This document shows positions 30,675 through 44,824 of a stretch of DNA of 64,000 bases, one piece after another. A program made the position numbers and the translations under genes. The notes below the pieces were generated by a model, which saw only the letters and a program-made list of their open reading frames with translations, did no database searches and was not told the origin of the DNA. Numbering within the stretch: position 1 is the stretch's first letter; the number at the start of each line of letters is the position of its first letter. This stretch comes from Caldisphaera sp. (lineage in GTDB: Archaea; Thermoproteota; Thermoprotei_A; Sulfolobales; Acidilobaceae): positions 63,578-127,577 of the forward strand of contig JBMFKU010000002.1 of assembly GCA_049971805.1 (NCBI GenBank). The letters are read 5' to 3'.

Positions 30675-31128
30675 GGTTCAATATATGGTCTATTCTTTCT
30701 TTTAGTTTCTTTAAACTTTCCTTATATATAGATAGCATGTCTTTGTTTTCCTTGATTAAGTTTTCCAATATATCTAAATAGCTATTGATATTTTCTATCA
30801 TAAAAGATGGATCCGGGGAAACATAAAAAGCCATCCAGGTTGCCTTAACAAATTCCTTGCCTTCATCCGTAAGCTTATATTTACCATCATCTCCTTTAAC
30901 AATTAATCCTTCATCCGTAAGCTCGTATAATATTGGATACAAACTGCCTGGAGATGGTCTCCAATTGCCCATAGTAGATATTTGTATTTCATTCATTAGT
31001 TCAACTCCATTCATTGGTTTTTTAGATAACAAAAATAGTATCATTGGTCTTAGCCAACCTCTGTGTCTCCATGCTCTGGCCCAACCTGGTGTTCTTCTTC
31101 TGTAAAAGTCCCAGCCTGACCACGACAT
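30664..31128 (-). CDS. PadR-family transcriptional regulator
   Basis: KPMNGVELM...WRPSPGSLYPIL...YKLTDEG; probable start ATG 31128. Confidence 0.88.
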   Translation of the reverse strand: MSWSGWDFYRRRTPGWARAWRHRGWLRPMILFLLSKKPMNGVELMNEIQISTMGNWRPSPGSLYPILYELTDEGLIVKGDDGKYKLTDEGKEFVKATWMAFYVSPDPSFMIENINSYLDILENLIKENKDMLSIYKESLKKLKERIDHILNLKS

Positions 31129-31446
31129 TTTTTGTTTCCTCCTATCATATATTGCTGTATTTTCTGAATTCTTAAGGATTGCAGAATAGGTAGAGAACAA
31201 ATTTAATGGCAATAAATAGCGTTAACTCTAAAGTTTAGAACAAAGATTCCATAATGAAAGATTTAATTTCAATGATAGTGAATTTTTTGATAAAAATTGC
31301 TTAAGTTTTTTTGCATAATAAAAACCATAGTCTCTCTTTTATGATATAAAAATTGTAAAATATGTTCGTATAATCAGAATCGATACAAGTTTATTTTATA
31401 TATATAAAAAGTCCTATTATAATTTGTAAAAAGGGTGTGACCAAAC

Positions 31447-33384
31447 TTGAGCGAAGAAGTTGATCTCTCAGTAATGATCGGTGGTCCACAAGGTGGTGGA
31501 ATAGAATCTTCAGGTCAGATGCTAATTAGAACATTTATGATAAAGGGATACGATGTTTTCGGTATCAGAGAGTATCATAGTAATATAATGGGAGCGCACA
31601 GTTATTATAATGTTAGAGTTAAGATGAACAGACCAAGAAGTGTGAGATTACCAGTAGATAGTTTGTTGGCATTAGATGCAGAAACAATATTTACACATTA
31701 TAATGAAGTTTCTCCGAAAAGTTTTGTAATTTACGATACAGACATACTAAATACTCGTATGGAAAAAATTGCACCTATGGAACCAGAAGTAAAAGAAAGA
31801 GTAGAAAAAAACCTTAAGGGGCTAGGAGTAGAACCTGTAGTTTCTGATGTTATAAAATATCTATCAGGTCAAGGTGTAAGAACTATTGGCTTACCATTAA
31901 AAAATTTGTTAAAAACGACTGCAGAAAAATTAAAGACAAATGTCGTTTCTGTAGCAAAAACAGTTAACACAATGAGTATAACTGCTTCTGTTGCATTATT
32001 AGGGATTGACGTTGAAACCGTTGCAAAATCAATAAACTACTATTTTGCAGGCAGAAAATCAATAATAGATTCAAATGTGATGGCAGCGAGCGTGGCTTAT
32101 GAGTATGTTAAAGAAAATTTTGGCATGGGAAAGCCAATTCCAGATGGACCAAACCGAAATAGAATAAGGATGGTTGCGACAGGAAATGATATAGTTGCTA
32201 TGGGCAAATTGGCAGGCGGACTTACTTTAGAAACTTATTATCCAATTACTCCGGCACAAGACGAAGCTTTTTATCTTGGAGATCACAGGCATTTCAAACT
32301 TGATGAATGGTCAGCAAAAGAATTAGGTGTTGATAAACTAGGTGTATTATCTTTCCAGGCAGAGGATGAGTTAGCGGCTTTAAATATGGCAATAGGTGGT
32401 GCATTAGCCGGTGCTAGAACAGCAACAACAACGAGTGGTCCTGGTCTTTCTTTAATGAGTGAAGCAATAAGCTTTGCAGTAATGATCGAGGCACCTGTCG
32501 TTATAACAGTTTGGATGAGAGCTGGCCCAAGTACAGGTGAGGCAACTAGACAAGGACAACAAGATTTATTGCATTCAATATTTGCAGGTCATGGAGATAC
32601 TCCAAAAATAGTTATTGCAAGTGGTGATCATATAGAAGCATATTATGATACTATAAGGGCATTGAACTGGGCAGAGAGGTATCAAACACCTGTAATTCAT
32701 TTAGTAGATAAATATCTTGCTTCTAGTATGATGAGCTTCGACAGTGAAGATGTAGATCCTCAATTAATCCCCATTGATAGAGGAAAATTTGTATTAGATG
32801 AAGGTCATGAGGAATATAAAAGATATGAAATAACAGACGATTATATAAGTCCAAGAGCTCCTCTAGGGAAAAGATTAATGTGGGTTAGTAGCTTGGCACA
32901 CAATGAGTATGGAATGCAAACTGAGGATCCATATACTAGAGAAAAGATGTTATTAAAAATAGTTAAAAAATTTGAAACAGCAGAAAAAGAAATACCTGAT
33001 AGCGTTAAAGCTTCATTATATGGAGATCTCGATTCTAAGATTACTATAGTTTCCTGGGGATCAGCTAAAGGTCCTATATTGGATGCTTTGAATTTATTAG
33101 AAAAAGATGGAATAAAAGCCAAGTTATTACACTTAAGGGTTATGTCGCCTTTCCCCAAAGAACTTGTTTCAAAGATTTTAAATTCTTCTGATGTAGTAAT
33201 AGACGTAGAGGCAAACGCCATGTCCCAATTGGCTATGGCTATTAGGATGTACACTGGATATGAAATAAAGAAAAAGATAGTTAAATTAACTGGGAGGACT
33301 ATTATGGAACATGAGGCGTATAAGGCGATAAAGGCTATGATAGAGAAAAATGAAGATTTTAAGGTGATAAATGATGGTGCATAA
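31447..33384 (+). CDS. 2-oxoacid:ferredoxin oxidoreductase alpha subunit (copy 1)
   Basis: GGPQGGG, YYPITPA, EDELAA, TSGPG, RAGPSTG. Confidence 0.95.
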   Translation: MSEEVDLSVMIGGPQGGGIESSGQMLIRTFMIKGYDVFGIREYHSNIMGAHSYYNVRVKMNRPRSVRLPVDSLLALDAETIFTHYNEVSPKSFVIYDTDILNTRMEKIAPMEPEVKERVEKNLKGLGVEPVVSDVIKYLSGQGVRTIGLPLKNLLKTTAEKLKTNVVSVAKTVNTMSITASVALLGIDVETVAKSINYYFAGRKSIIDSNVMAASVAYEYVKENFGMGKPIPDGPNRNRIRMVATGNDIVAMGKLAGGLTLETYYPITPAQDEAFYLGDHRHFKLDEWSAKELGVDKLGVLSFQAEDELAALNMAIGGALAGARTATTTSGPGLSLMSEAISFAVMIEAPVVITVWMRAGPSTGEATRQGQQDLLHSIFAGHGDTPKIVIASGDHIEAYYDTIRALNWAERYQTPVIHLVDKYLASSMMSFDSEDVDPQLIPIDRGKFVLDEGHEEYKRYEITDDYISPRAPLGKRLMWVSSLAHNEYGMQTEDPYTREKMLLKIVKKFETAEKEIPDSVKASLYGDLDSKITIVSWGSAKGPILDALNLLEKDGIKAKLLHLRVMSPFPKELVSKILNSSDVVIDVEANAMSQLAMAIRMYTGYEIKKKIVKLTGRTIMEHEAYKAIKAMIEKNEDFKVINDGA

Positions 33385-34306
33385 TTGGTCTGATTATAAA
33401 AGTAATGCCTGGGTTCAATGGTGCCCTGCCTGTGGTAACTTTGGTATATTAACAGCAATACAAAGAGCCTTTGCAGATTTAGATCTATCTCCAGAAAAAA
33501 CAACAGTAGTATCGGGCATAGGGTGTTCAAGCAGAATACCATATTATTTGAAAACTTCTAACGTGCATTCATTACATGGTAGACCTATACCAGTAGCTGA
33601 AGGTATTAAACTAGCAAATCCGGAGCAAACCGTTATAGTGGCAAGCGGAGATGGAGATTTATTGGGTATAGGAGCAGGCCATTTCGTTGCATTGGGAAGA
33701 AGAAATTTGCAAATAACTGTTATTCTACATGATAACCAAGTATATGGATTAACAAAAGGTCAGGCAGCACCAACCCTACCTTTATGGGTTAAGACTAAAG
33801 CTTTAGATTCTCCAAACATACAAACTCAGATAAATCCGCCTTTGTTGGCATTTGCAAGCGGTTATACTTTTATAGCAAGGGCATATGCATACCACATCGA
33901 CCAATTAAGAGAATTAATTAAAGCTGGTATACAGCACAAGGGAACAGCATTAATTGATGTTTTACAGCCATGTCCAACTTATAATGATATAATGACAAAG
34001 GAATGGTATGAAAAGAGAATTTATTATCTAAATACAGAAGATCCTTCATGGGATCCTACTATAGCTTCCCAAGAAGACTTTGATAGAAAATCATCAAAAA
34101 TTTTAGAAAAAATGACAGAATGGGGAGAAAGGATACCGCTCGGAATATTCTACAGAAATATATCAATAGAACCAATGGAAAGTAGAATAGAGAAAATACT
34201 ACCCGGCTATCTGCAATATCCGCCAGCAAAAAGACCAATAGAGATTAAATCGAAGGCATTAGTTCACCCGTTTACGGAATTTAAGGATAGATTGGTTCAA
34301 ACATAA
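33374..34306 (+). CDS. 2-oxoacid:ferredoxin oxidoreductase beta subunit (copy 1)
   Basis: [38 protein letters not shown]. Confidence 0.95.
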   Translation: MVHNWSDYKSNAWVQWCPACGNFGILTAIQRAFADLDLSPEKTTVVSGIGCSSRIPYYLKTSNVHSLHGRPIPVAEGIKLANPEQTVIVASGDGDLLGIGAGHFVALGRRNLQITVILHDNQVYGLTKGQAAPTLPLWVKTKALDSPNIQTQINPPLLAFASGYTFIARAYAYHIDQLRELIKAGIQHKGTALIDVLQPCPTYNDIMTKEWYEKRIYYLNTEDPSWDPTIASQEDFDRKSSKILEKMTEWGERIPLGIFYRNISIEPMESRIEKILPGYLQYPPAKRPIEIKSKALVHPFTEFKDRLVQT

Positions 34307-34321
34307 CTATGGTAATTTATC

Positions 34322-34630
34322 ATGAGCTATTATATCAATGCTACAGACCTTGAAACAGGAGAAATAATGGTTTCAATAGCAGATAAAGAGATAATAGGAC
34401 ATAAATTTTCTAGCGGAGATGGATTAGTAATCGATGTTTCACCCATATTTTATGGTAATAAGCTGGCAGATGATGAAGAAGCATTATTATACATGAAATC
34501 CGCCGATATCTTAATTTTAACAGGTAAAAGAATAGTTGATAAGGCAATAAAAGAAGGCATAGTAAATCCAGATTCGGTTTTGGAAATTGATGGAGTTAAG
34601 CATGTACAGGTATTTAAGTTTTCATTTTAG
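34322..34630 (+). CDS. DUF424 family protein
   Basis: MVSIADKEIIG...FYG...GIVNPDSVLEIDGVKHVQ. Confidence 0.8.
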   Translation: MSYYINATDLETGEIMVSIADKEIIGHKFSSGDGLVIDVSPIFYGNKLADDEEALLYMKSADILILTGKRIVDKAIKEGIVNPDSVLEIDGVKHVQVFKFSF

Positions 34631-34727
34631 AAGGTATTTTTAAATACTTGATTTATTAATATTATAAACCCTACATGTTTTTATTTTTATTTCTCCTGAT
34701 TAATATGTTTTATATAGGTGAGAAGAA

Positions 34728-35528
34728 TTGGGAGACATAGTTGTGTTGCTAAAATCTGCGCTTAACCCAGAAATGATTAGATCTTTGCAAGATGGTAGCG
34801 TCGATTTTGATAATATACCATTAAAACTTTCTGATGTAGATAGAAATGCAATAGAAGAGTCCACTAGGTTAAAGGATATATTAAAAGGCAAGATTTATTC
34901 AGTTACTGTTTCTACATGGGGTCCAATAAGTAAAAGGGATAAAGATATTAAAATGGCAGTTCAAGAAGGCTTAGCTAAAGGTGTTGATGAAGCAATTATT
35001 TTAGAAGATGATAGTATTACCCCTGGAGATCAAATAACTACAGCTTCCGCTATAGTTTCAATAATTAATAAGTTTAATATAAAACCGGATTTAATTTTAG
35101 CAGGAGAAGCAACTGTTGATGGATTTTCCGGCCAAGTAGCAGGCCGTGTTGCCACGAAGATGAATTTACCATTTGTTAGCTTTGCAAGAAAAATAGATCT
35201 AAATGGTAATAAAGCTGTTGTTGAAAGAGATTTAGAAGATTTTGTTGAAGTTGTTGAAACCCAATTGCCTGCTGTGATAAGTGTTACAAGAGAAATAAAT
35301 TCTCCAAAGCCACCAACTTTAATCCAGATAAGGATGGCTTCTAAAAAGCCTCAGCACGTAGTAAAGGTTTCAGACCTAGTAGGAGTACAACGTCAAAAGA
35401 AGAAGTTGGTAGAAGCAAGGGTCTTAACAGTAAAGAGAAAGCAAACAATGATAGAAGGAAAATCTCTAGAAGAAACCGCAGATAAATTAATAGCAGCACT
35501 TGAGCAAGAAGGTGCTTTAAGGCATTAA
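34728..35528 (+). CDS. etfB: Electron transfer flavoprotein beta subunit
   Basis: DRNAIEE, DLILAGEATVDGFSGQV, LPAVISV..EINSP. Confidence 0.9.
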   Translation: MGDIVVLLKSALNPEMIRSLQDGSVDFDNIPLKLSDVDRNAIEESTRLKDILKGKIYSVTVSTWGPISKRDKDIKMAVQEGLAKGVDEAIILEDDSITPGDQITTASAIVSIINKFNIKPDLILAGEATVDGFSGQVAGRVATKMNLPFVSFARKIDLNGNKAVVERDLEDFVEVVETQLPAVISVTREINSPKPPTLIQIRMASKKPQHVVKVSDLVGVQRQKKKLVEARVLTVKRKQTMIEGKSLEETADKLIAALEQEGALRH

Positions 35529-35529
35529 G

Positions 35530-36444
35530 GTGATAAATATGGTAGATGCAATAGTTGTTGTTCAAAAGGAAAGCGATGCATCAGAATTGTTAACTATAGC
35601 AAATAAATTAGGAACTTCAGTCGGGTTTACATATGGTAATAGTGAAAATGATAAATTGTTAAAATATTTTGATAAAGTATACAAATTAAAAGCTGATGAT
35701 CCAGAAACGATATTTTATGGATTAAAATATCTATATGATAGTTTGAAGCCAAAATTAATATTAGGAATTACCAGTAAAAACTTAAAAGATGCATTTTCAA
35801 GGTTAGCGGGGCTATACGATTTACCCATGTCTACAGATGTTTATGATATAAACGTTTCAAATGGAAAAATATCATTCAAGAGGGGATTTTTAAGCGGAAG
35901 AGCAATTGAAACAGAAGAATCACAACTACCATCAATCCTGCTTGTTGCAGCTAGAAAAACACCAAAAAGTGAAGGTAAATCAAATGGTAGTTTAGAAGAA
36001 TTAAATATTAGTCAACAGAATAAAGTTGTGGTTAAAGAAAGAAAGGAAAAAGTAAAAGGCGGAGTTAATATAGAATCAGCCGAATTTATAGTAAGTGTTG
36101 GAAGAGGATTTAAGAATAAGGATGATCTAAAGATAGCATTTGATCTTGCGGATTTAATAGGTGCTCAAATAGGTTGTTCAAGGCCTGTAGCATCTGACTT
36201 GAAGTGGCTAACAGAAGATCATTGGGTAGGTCTTAGTGGGAAAAAAGTTGCGCCTAAATTGTATGTAGCTTTAGGCATTAGTGGCGCTCCGCAACATCTA
36301 GCAGGCATTACAGATGCAAAGCTTGTTGTTGCAGTAAATAACGATAAAACGGCTCCAATATTTAAGAATGCTGATTATGGAATAGTAGCAGACCTTTATC
36401 AGTTTGTTCCAATTTTGATTAAAAAACTTAAAGAAAAGCATTAA
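35530..36444 (+). CDS. etfA: Electron transfer flavoprotein alpha subunit
   Basis: VSVGRG, GCSRPV, VGLSG, PKLYVALGISGAPQH, NNDKTAPIF. Confidence 0.95.
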   Translation: MINMVDAIVVVQKESDASELLTIANKLGTSVGFTYGNSENDKLLKYFDKVYKLKADDPETIFYGLKYLYDSLKPKLILGITSKNLKDAFSRLAGLYDLPMSTDVYDINVSNGKISFKRGFLSGRAIETEESQLPSILLVAARKTPKSEGKSNGSLEELNISQQNKVVVKERKEKVKGGVNIESAEFIVSVGRGFKNKDDLKIAFDLADLIGAQIGCSRPVASDLKWLTEDHWVGLSGKKVAPKLYVALGISGAPQHLAGITDAKLVVAVNNDKTAPIFKNADYGIVADLYQFVPILIKKLKEKH

Positions 36445-36558
36445 TAAAATAAAAATTATTTATATTTGAAAGCTTTTTTATTTCTTTTTTTTAAAATACA
36501 TATTTACATTTAAGTATCTTCTATTTTGTAAAGAGTATGAGAATAAAAGGCGATAAAA

Positions 36559-39459
<2,901 letters not shown>

Positions 39460-39504
39460 TAAAATTTTTATTCTTTTTATATAATTATATTTTTGTGATG
39501 AAAA

Positions 39505-40254
39505 ATGGGCAATTTAATAGAGATCTATATTCATCCAACTTGTGCAACAAGCTATGAAGTTATTACAGGTTTATATAATAAAGGATATTTGGATAAAGTT
39601 AAAATTAAAAATACTGAAAAAATTATTGGAAATAAGTTTGTATTAAGTGTGCCTTGGATAGAATTTAATGGAGTTCCGATTGCAACAGATCCAGTAACTG
39701 TAGACGATGTTATAGAAATAATTGAAAATAATAAAATTAATGTAGAAAATCCAACAGATTCTGTTATGATGTCAATAGTTCATAGCTCATTTTTATCTTC
39801 TATTGTTATGTTGCATAAAGATATAGAAGTTGCATTAAATGAGTTATTTTTAAATGCTGCATTAAGAGTTCCGTTATCTAAAATAAATGTAGAAGATGTT
39901 AAAAATGAAATGGTAAAGTGGAAAAATAAACTATTTGATGAATATAGAGATATGATTAGAAGGGCTCTATCAGTAAGCTATGTTAGGGAACTTTATTGGA
40001 CTTATAGCCAAATTAAGCCTGAAGAGATAAGCAGTATTACAAATAAAAATATTGTAGGGCTATGGATCATAGCAAAAGGTAGTATTGGTAGAGTTGCATT
40101 ACCAGCTAGACCATATTTGGATAATGACAAAGATATAGAATTAATTTCAGAATTTGTTAAAAAAAGAAGCAAAGGTTTGCTGGAAAAGGTTAAAGAAGAA
40201 CAAGAGAAAATTCGTAGTAATGAATTATATTGGAAAATAATTGAAAAAATATAA
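39505..40254 (+). CDS. Protein with N-terminal glutaredoxin/thioredoxin-like fold (CxxS)
   Basis: IYIHPTCATS...LSVPWIEFNG (cis-Pro motif). Confidence 0.65.
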   Translation: MGNLIEIYIHPTCATSYEVITGLYNKGYLDKVKIKNTEKIIGNKFVLSVPWIEFNGVPIATDPVTVDDVIEIIENNKINVENPTDSVMMSIVHSSFLSSIVMLHKDIEVALNELFLNAALRVPLSKINVEDVKNEMVKWKNKLFDEYRDMIRRALSVSYVRELYWTYSQIKPEEISSITNKNIVGLWIIAKGSIGRVALPARPYLDNDKDIELISEFVKKRSKGLLEKVKEEQEKIRSNELYWKIIEKI

Positions 40255-40287
40255 AAATAATACCTATTAATTTTATTTTCCTTAATT

Positions 40288-41517
40288 TTAAGGCATAGCC
40301 TTTGCAAATTTAAGCCCGCTATTGTTTAGTTCATTTATTACTTCATCAATTGCTGATGGATCAGGTGATTCAACTAACACTTCTACTAATGCTGTACCTG
40401 GATCAATCAATGGAGTTATTCTATCATGTCTTATATCTATAACATTAAGTTTAGCTTCTGCGAGCTTGCCTAATACTTTATCTAGCCAGCCAGGCATATC
40501 AGGAATTATTCCACTTAACTTCACAATTCTTCCGCTCTTTGCTAGCTCATAGTTTAATATGTTAGAAATTCTTGTCATGTCTACATTTCCACCGCTTATT
40601 AAAACAACTACATTTTTACCTTCCACATTTATTTTATGTTCTATCAGCGCAGCTAGAGATGCTGCTCCAGCACCTTCAGCTAATATTTTACCTCTTTCTA
40701 ATAATAAAAACATGGCCCTTGCAACTTCAGAGTCATTTACTTTAATTATATCATCAACAAATTCTTTTATAAATTCAAATGTATATTTACCTGATCCCTT
40801 AACTATTAGTCCATCCATTAATCCTGGAGGTGCGTTTTTTACATCTATTGGTTTCCCTTCTTTTAATCCTAGAGAATATTTAGCAACATAGCTCGGTTCT
40901 ACTCCAATAACTTTTATCTTGTTTCCTAATTTTTTCTTTAACACGATAGCATTTCCCGATATTAATCCCCCACCACCAATTGGTATAACTACAATATCTG
41001 GTTTTGTAGGCATTTGTTGCAATATTTCATGAGCAATTGTACCTTGTCCAGCAATAATTTCTGGGTCATCATATGCATGTATTAATGTATATCCTCTTTC
41101 TTTACTTAATTCTATTGCTTTACTCATAGCCTCATCAAAACTTTTACCATAAAGTATTACATCTGCGCCATAGCCTTTAGTAGCATTTATTTTTGCAACC
41201 GAAGCTATTTCTGGCATAACAATAATAGACTTTGTGTTTAGCAAAGTTGCAGCTAAGGCGACTCCTTGTGCATGATTTCCTGCGCTCGCAGCTATCACTC
41301 CTTTACTTTTTTCATTACCTAACGACCATATTTTAAAATAAGCCCCCCTTATTTTAAAAGAACCTGTTTTTTGTAGGTTCTCGAGCTTCAAGTATATATT
41401 TCCTTTTGTTATTTCTGAAAAAGTTCTACTATAATCAAGAGGTGTTACATGTATTACATTTTTTAAAATATCTAAGGCTTTTATTGAGTTTTCATATATC
41501 TGATCTGAAATATTCAT
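40288..41517 (-). CDS. ilvA: Threonine ammonia-lyase with C-terminal ACT domain
   Basis: KLENLQKTGSFKIRGA, SAGNHAQG, GGGGLISG, SGGNVD. Confidence 0.93.
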   Translation of the reverse strand: MNISDQIYENSIKALDILKNVIHVTPLDYSRTFSEITKGNIYLKLENLQKTGSFKIRGAYFKIWSLGNEKSKGVIAASAGNHAQGVALAATLLNTKSIIVMPEIASVAKINATKGYGADVILYGKSFDEAMSKAIELSKERGYTLIHAYDDPEIIAGQGTIAHEILQQMPTKPDIVVIPIGGGGLISGNAIVLKKKLGNKIKVIGVEPSYVAKYSLGLKEGKPIDVKNAPPGLMDGLIVKGSGKYTFEFIKEFVDDIIKVNDSEVARAMFLLLERGKILAEGAGAASLAALIEHKINVEGKNVVVLISGGNVDMTRISNILNYELAKSGRIVKLSGIIPDMPGWLDKVLGKLAEAKLNVIDIRHDRITPLIDPGTALVEVLVESPDPSAIDEVINELNNSGLKFAKAMP

Positions 41518-41618
41518 GTTGTGTCACCATTAGTAATTATATCCTAATTAGAAATATTTAATCTTATTTGTTTCATTATTTTATAGTTTTGTTTTCAATA
41601 AAAATGAAGGCATAATCT

Positions 41619-42044
41619 CTAAGCATTTATAGATACAAATATTAAACTTTTATATTTTTTGATTAATTTTATAAATTCTTCAGGATTAATCTCTTCAATT
41701 CCGTATATCGTATAATTCCCCCTTAACAATATTTCAACAAATCTTTTCTGCCATGTATCGCCCATAACATTATACCATGATCTACCCTCGTCGTCTCTAT
41801 TGTATTTTAATAGTATAGGAACTTTCATAAATTTCCAGAAATATGGAGGTATAAGCTGTATGATATTATTTGTTTCATTTTCATCAAATATATGATAATC
41901 ATCACTAAACAATAAAATAGATTTTTTACCTTTGTTCAGTTCTTCTAGACTTATTTGTTCTTTAGGCCATAGAGATCTTAGATTCTTGATTTCATCTAAA
42001 AACTTTTTTTCAATAGTTTTTACTTGCTTGCTATCTATTGACAA
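41619..42044 (-). CDS. DUF61-like archaeal protein
   Basis: P..QISLEEL...DYHIFD...KVPILL; downstream of fibrillarin. Confidence 0.6.
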   Translation of the reverse strand: MSIDSKQVKTIEKKFLDEIKNLRSLWPKEQISLEELNKGKKSILLFSDDYHIFDENETNNIIQLIPPYFWKFMKVPILLKYNRDDEGRSWYNVMGDTWQKRFVEILLRGNYTIYGIEEINPEEFIKLIKKYKSLIFVSINA

Positions 42045-42046
42045 AA

Positions 42047-42739
42047 TTAACCCCTATGATATATAGCATGTATCATAGCATGATCTTTGTCGAACGGGTC
42101 TAAATGTATTGTATCCTTTATTTCAAAGCCTCCATTTATTAGCTCATCATTTTCTTTCTTATATATCTCGCTTGGTTCCTTTGTAACATCAATACTTCTT
42201 GCCTTTATAGCTAATAATAGATAGCCATTATCTTTCAAAAAGAATTTAGCATTTCTAACCACTATGGCTGCTTGCTCTGGTTGAGCCACATCTGCATATA
42301 AGCCATCTACAGTCTCTACCATATGGCGATATCTTTCTGGGAATCTTGCATCAACTAGCATAGGATATATGTTTTTTCTATCTGTTACTATTAATAATAG
42401 GTCCCTGATAACTCTTGGAGAAAACTCTACTCCAAATATTTTTCCATTAAAGCCTAATATATCGCTTATATGGCTTGCTGTTGTACCACTTGCTATACCA
42501 AGATATAGTAATTTGTTTCCCTCTTTAACAGGAAGTTCTTCCATACCTTTTAATAGTGCTGCTGCAAGCTTACTTCTATAGGCATTCCATTCCCTATATT
42601 CAACACCATTATATTGATACAGTCTCTCTCCATAAACTCTTTGACCTGGGACTAAGTTTTTAGTTGCTAACTTAAATGTTCCATCTTCTTGCTCTATTAT
42701 ATATACGTTTTTCCATTTCTCATGCTCCTTTATATCCAT
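42047..42739 (-). CDS. flpA: Fibrillarin-like 2'-O-methyltransferase
   Basis: [38 protein letters not shown]. Confidence 0.97.
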   Translation of the reverse strand: MDIKEHEKWKNVYIIEQEDGTFKLATKNLVPGQRVYGERLYQYNGVEYREWNAYRSKLAAALLKGMEELPVKEGNKLLYLGIASGTTASHISDILGFNGKIFGVEFSPRVIRDLLLIVTDRKNIYPMLVDARFPERYRHMVETVDGLYADVAQPEQAAIVVRNAKFFLKDNGYLLLAIKARSIDVTKEPSEIYKKENDELINGGFEIKDTIHLDPFDKDHAMIHAIYHRG

Positions 42740-42744
42740 TCAAC

Positions 42745-43998
42745 TCACCTCCAATTTCTTCTATGCTTGTGCTTATTTTTACTTTGGACCTTTGGTTTTT
42801 GAAAACTTTGCTTTGCAGTTTCTTTTTTCTTTGGTGGGCTTGCATATAGCTTCTTTATCTCTTCTGTTCTTTTATTTAGATCTTCTTTAAGTTTATTACC
42901 TATAAATCTACCACTATAAGCATCTACTTTTGCTGCTATGGCCAATTTAGCAGCTAAGGCTCTTGCAATTTTTCCTCTCTGCCATTTAGGGCTCTTGTAT
43001 ATTTCTGGATATTGAAATATAATTCCATGTTTTGGTGGTCTCCCACCAGTTTTTAATGCTCTAAATAAGGCCTTTTCAGCTCCCAAAACTTGTATTGTGC
43101 TTGCAGGCATGGTTGCTAATCTTTCTAGCCCACCCGCTAGGCTTATTAACCTTGCTCCTAAAAGTGGTCCAACAAGTTCTGTTATATTGGGTGCAACTTC
43201 TTTCATGGCACTAGTTGCATATTGATCTAGATCTTTTCTTAAATTATACATCTGGCTGGTAATCCTAGCAAGGGTTAGCATTGCTTCAAGGTCTTTATCT
43301 GATACATCAGCTCCTATACTTTTCTTTGCTGCTTCTTCGATTTTCTTGCTTTTATTCTCATTTACTCCTAACTCCATAAGTCTTTCCTTAGTAAAGTTAT
43401 TCCTAGAGCCGAGCTCTGAAACTAGCATTGCATATAATTCATGATCTTCTACTAGATCGTTTAACTCGGGGAAGTGTACACTGTACCATTCTCTAAGCCT
43501 AGTTGCATAAAGGTTAACACTTTTATCTAAATCATCTATTGCTCTAATAGCTTGAGCAACTAATAAATCACGCTTCTGAGCAGCACCTCTTAGCATTCTC
43601 CTTGTAAATTCATATACTATATTAAAATACCAGTTGTAAAAATCTTCTTCATCTTTCGAAAATTCATAATTTATTGCCTTTTTTCCGACATCTTTTCTAA
43701 AATTAATTGTTATTGAGTTTGCAGGTTCGACAATAGCCTTAAGACCCCTTTGATTAATTATTTTCGCCTCAGCCTCAGACTCTACAATCATTTCCTCTGG
43801 ATTTTCTTTCACTAATTTATCCAATAGCTTTAAAAAAGTTTGAGAAATGTCTCCCTTAAATATCTTTATTATTTGGTCTATCGCCTCATCATAGTTCTTT
43901 GGTAATAGCTCATATGAAATAACATTCCCTTTTTCATCTAATCCATAGCTACCATTAATTGTATCAACGACGTAGATTCTCAACCTTTCATACCCCAA
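42745..43998 (-). CDS. nop5: Box C/D RNP protein Nop5 (Nop56/58)
   Basis: REWYSVHFPEL, PASTIQVLGAEKALF, PPKHGIIFQ. Confidence 0.97.
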   Translation of the reverse strand: MGYERLRIYVVDTINGSYGLDEKGNVISYELLPKNYDEAIDQIIKIFKGDISQTFLKLLDKLVKENPEEMIVESEAEAKIINQRGLKAIVEPANSITINFRKDVGKKAINYEFSKDEEDFYNWYFNIVYEFTRRMLRGAAQKRDLLVAQAIRAIDDLDKSVNLYATRLREWYSVHFPELNDLVEDHELYAMLVSELGSRNNFTKERLMELGVNENKSKKIEEAAKKSIGADVSDKDLEAMLTLARITSQMYNLRKDLDQYATSAMKEVAPNITELVGPLLGARLISLAGGLERLATMPASTIQVLGAEKALFRALKTGGRPPKHGIIFQYPEIYKSPKWQRGKIARALAAKLAIAAKVDAYSGRFIGNKLKEDLNKRTEEIKKLYASPPKKKETAKQSFQKPKVQSKNKHKHRRNWR

Positions 43999-44346
43999 CT
44001 TACTTCACTATTATGTTTATTTATTCATCCTAATAAATTCATAACTAACATTTTTCAATATAATTAAAGTCTCCCTTAGAGAAAGAGGTAAAGATATTAT
44101 CAAAATAAAAATAGTAAGCGAATATGCCATTTATGATGATAAAGAAAAAGATTTAAATATTGCTTAAGAAAAACTCAAATACATTTATAAAATAAGCATG
44201 CAATAAATGGTCATGAGTCATGTGTTATATTATTGATATTAGTGCGAAATGATATTAAGTATTTCTTAGTTAAATTATTTAAATTATTTAAGATAAATAT
44301 TGTGAGAAGTTTCTCTCTTTCTATAGAGAAATTAATGACAAAATAA

Positions 44347-44473
44347 ATGACAAGCCTCAACTCTTCTAGGGGTGGATAATGCTTTTAAGGTTTGTTTTTT
44401 AAATAATTAGATAAGCAATGGCCATCCAATGGGGGTATGCTTCAGAGAGAAGCTTTATATAAGAGAGGGTCAG
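44347..44473 (+). mobile_element. Miniature (about 127 bp) IS200/IS605 derivative
   Basis: Degenerate left hairpin; 30-nt block 44384-44413 identical to 62398-62427; ends GAGAGGGTCAG. Confidence 0.7.
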
Positions 44474-44616
44474 TTTGGGAAATAAAGTGTATGTATACCT
44501 TGGTATAGAAAATCAGCAAAAATCTTCATAGGCAATATTTTCTATTTTAATTCTTAAAAATTGGACAAACCTAAAGCTTTTAAATTTTTTAACAAATATT
44601 AAACAGGGTGAAAAGA

Positions 44617-44775
44617 ATGCCTACGCATGGATCTATGACTAAAGCTGGTAAGGTAAGAAAATCTACACCTAAAATAGAACCAAAGGGTAAGAAAAATTTA
44701 GCGCCTAGAATTAAGAATAAAAAGGAATTTATAAAAAGAGTTCAAAAAACAGAAAAACCAACTTCTAAAGAATAA
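44617..44775 (+). CDS. rps30e: 30S ribosomal protein S30e (52 aa, absent from the ORF track)
   Basis: [23 protein letters not shown]...[13 protein letters not shown]; GGGTG RBS. Confidence 0.95.
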   Translation: MPTHGSMTKAGKVRKSTPKIEPKGKKNLAPRIKNKKEFIKRVQKTEKPTSKE

Positions 44776-44824
44776 ATATTTTAGGTTTTTAAAATTAATA
44801 ACAATATGCTTGTGGTGTTAAAAT

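Noticed and set aside
32841-33542. 233-aa antisense ORF and the many other shadow ORFs on the track (e.g. 7487-7972, 21916-22332)
   Set aside because: They overlap well-supported genes and have no motifs
44064-44335. Possible fifth, very decayed IS605-like copy (CTCCCTTAGAGAAAGAGGTAAAG ... TTCTCTCTTTCTATAGAGAA)
   Set aside because: Similarity too weak to support by eye
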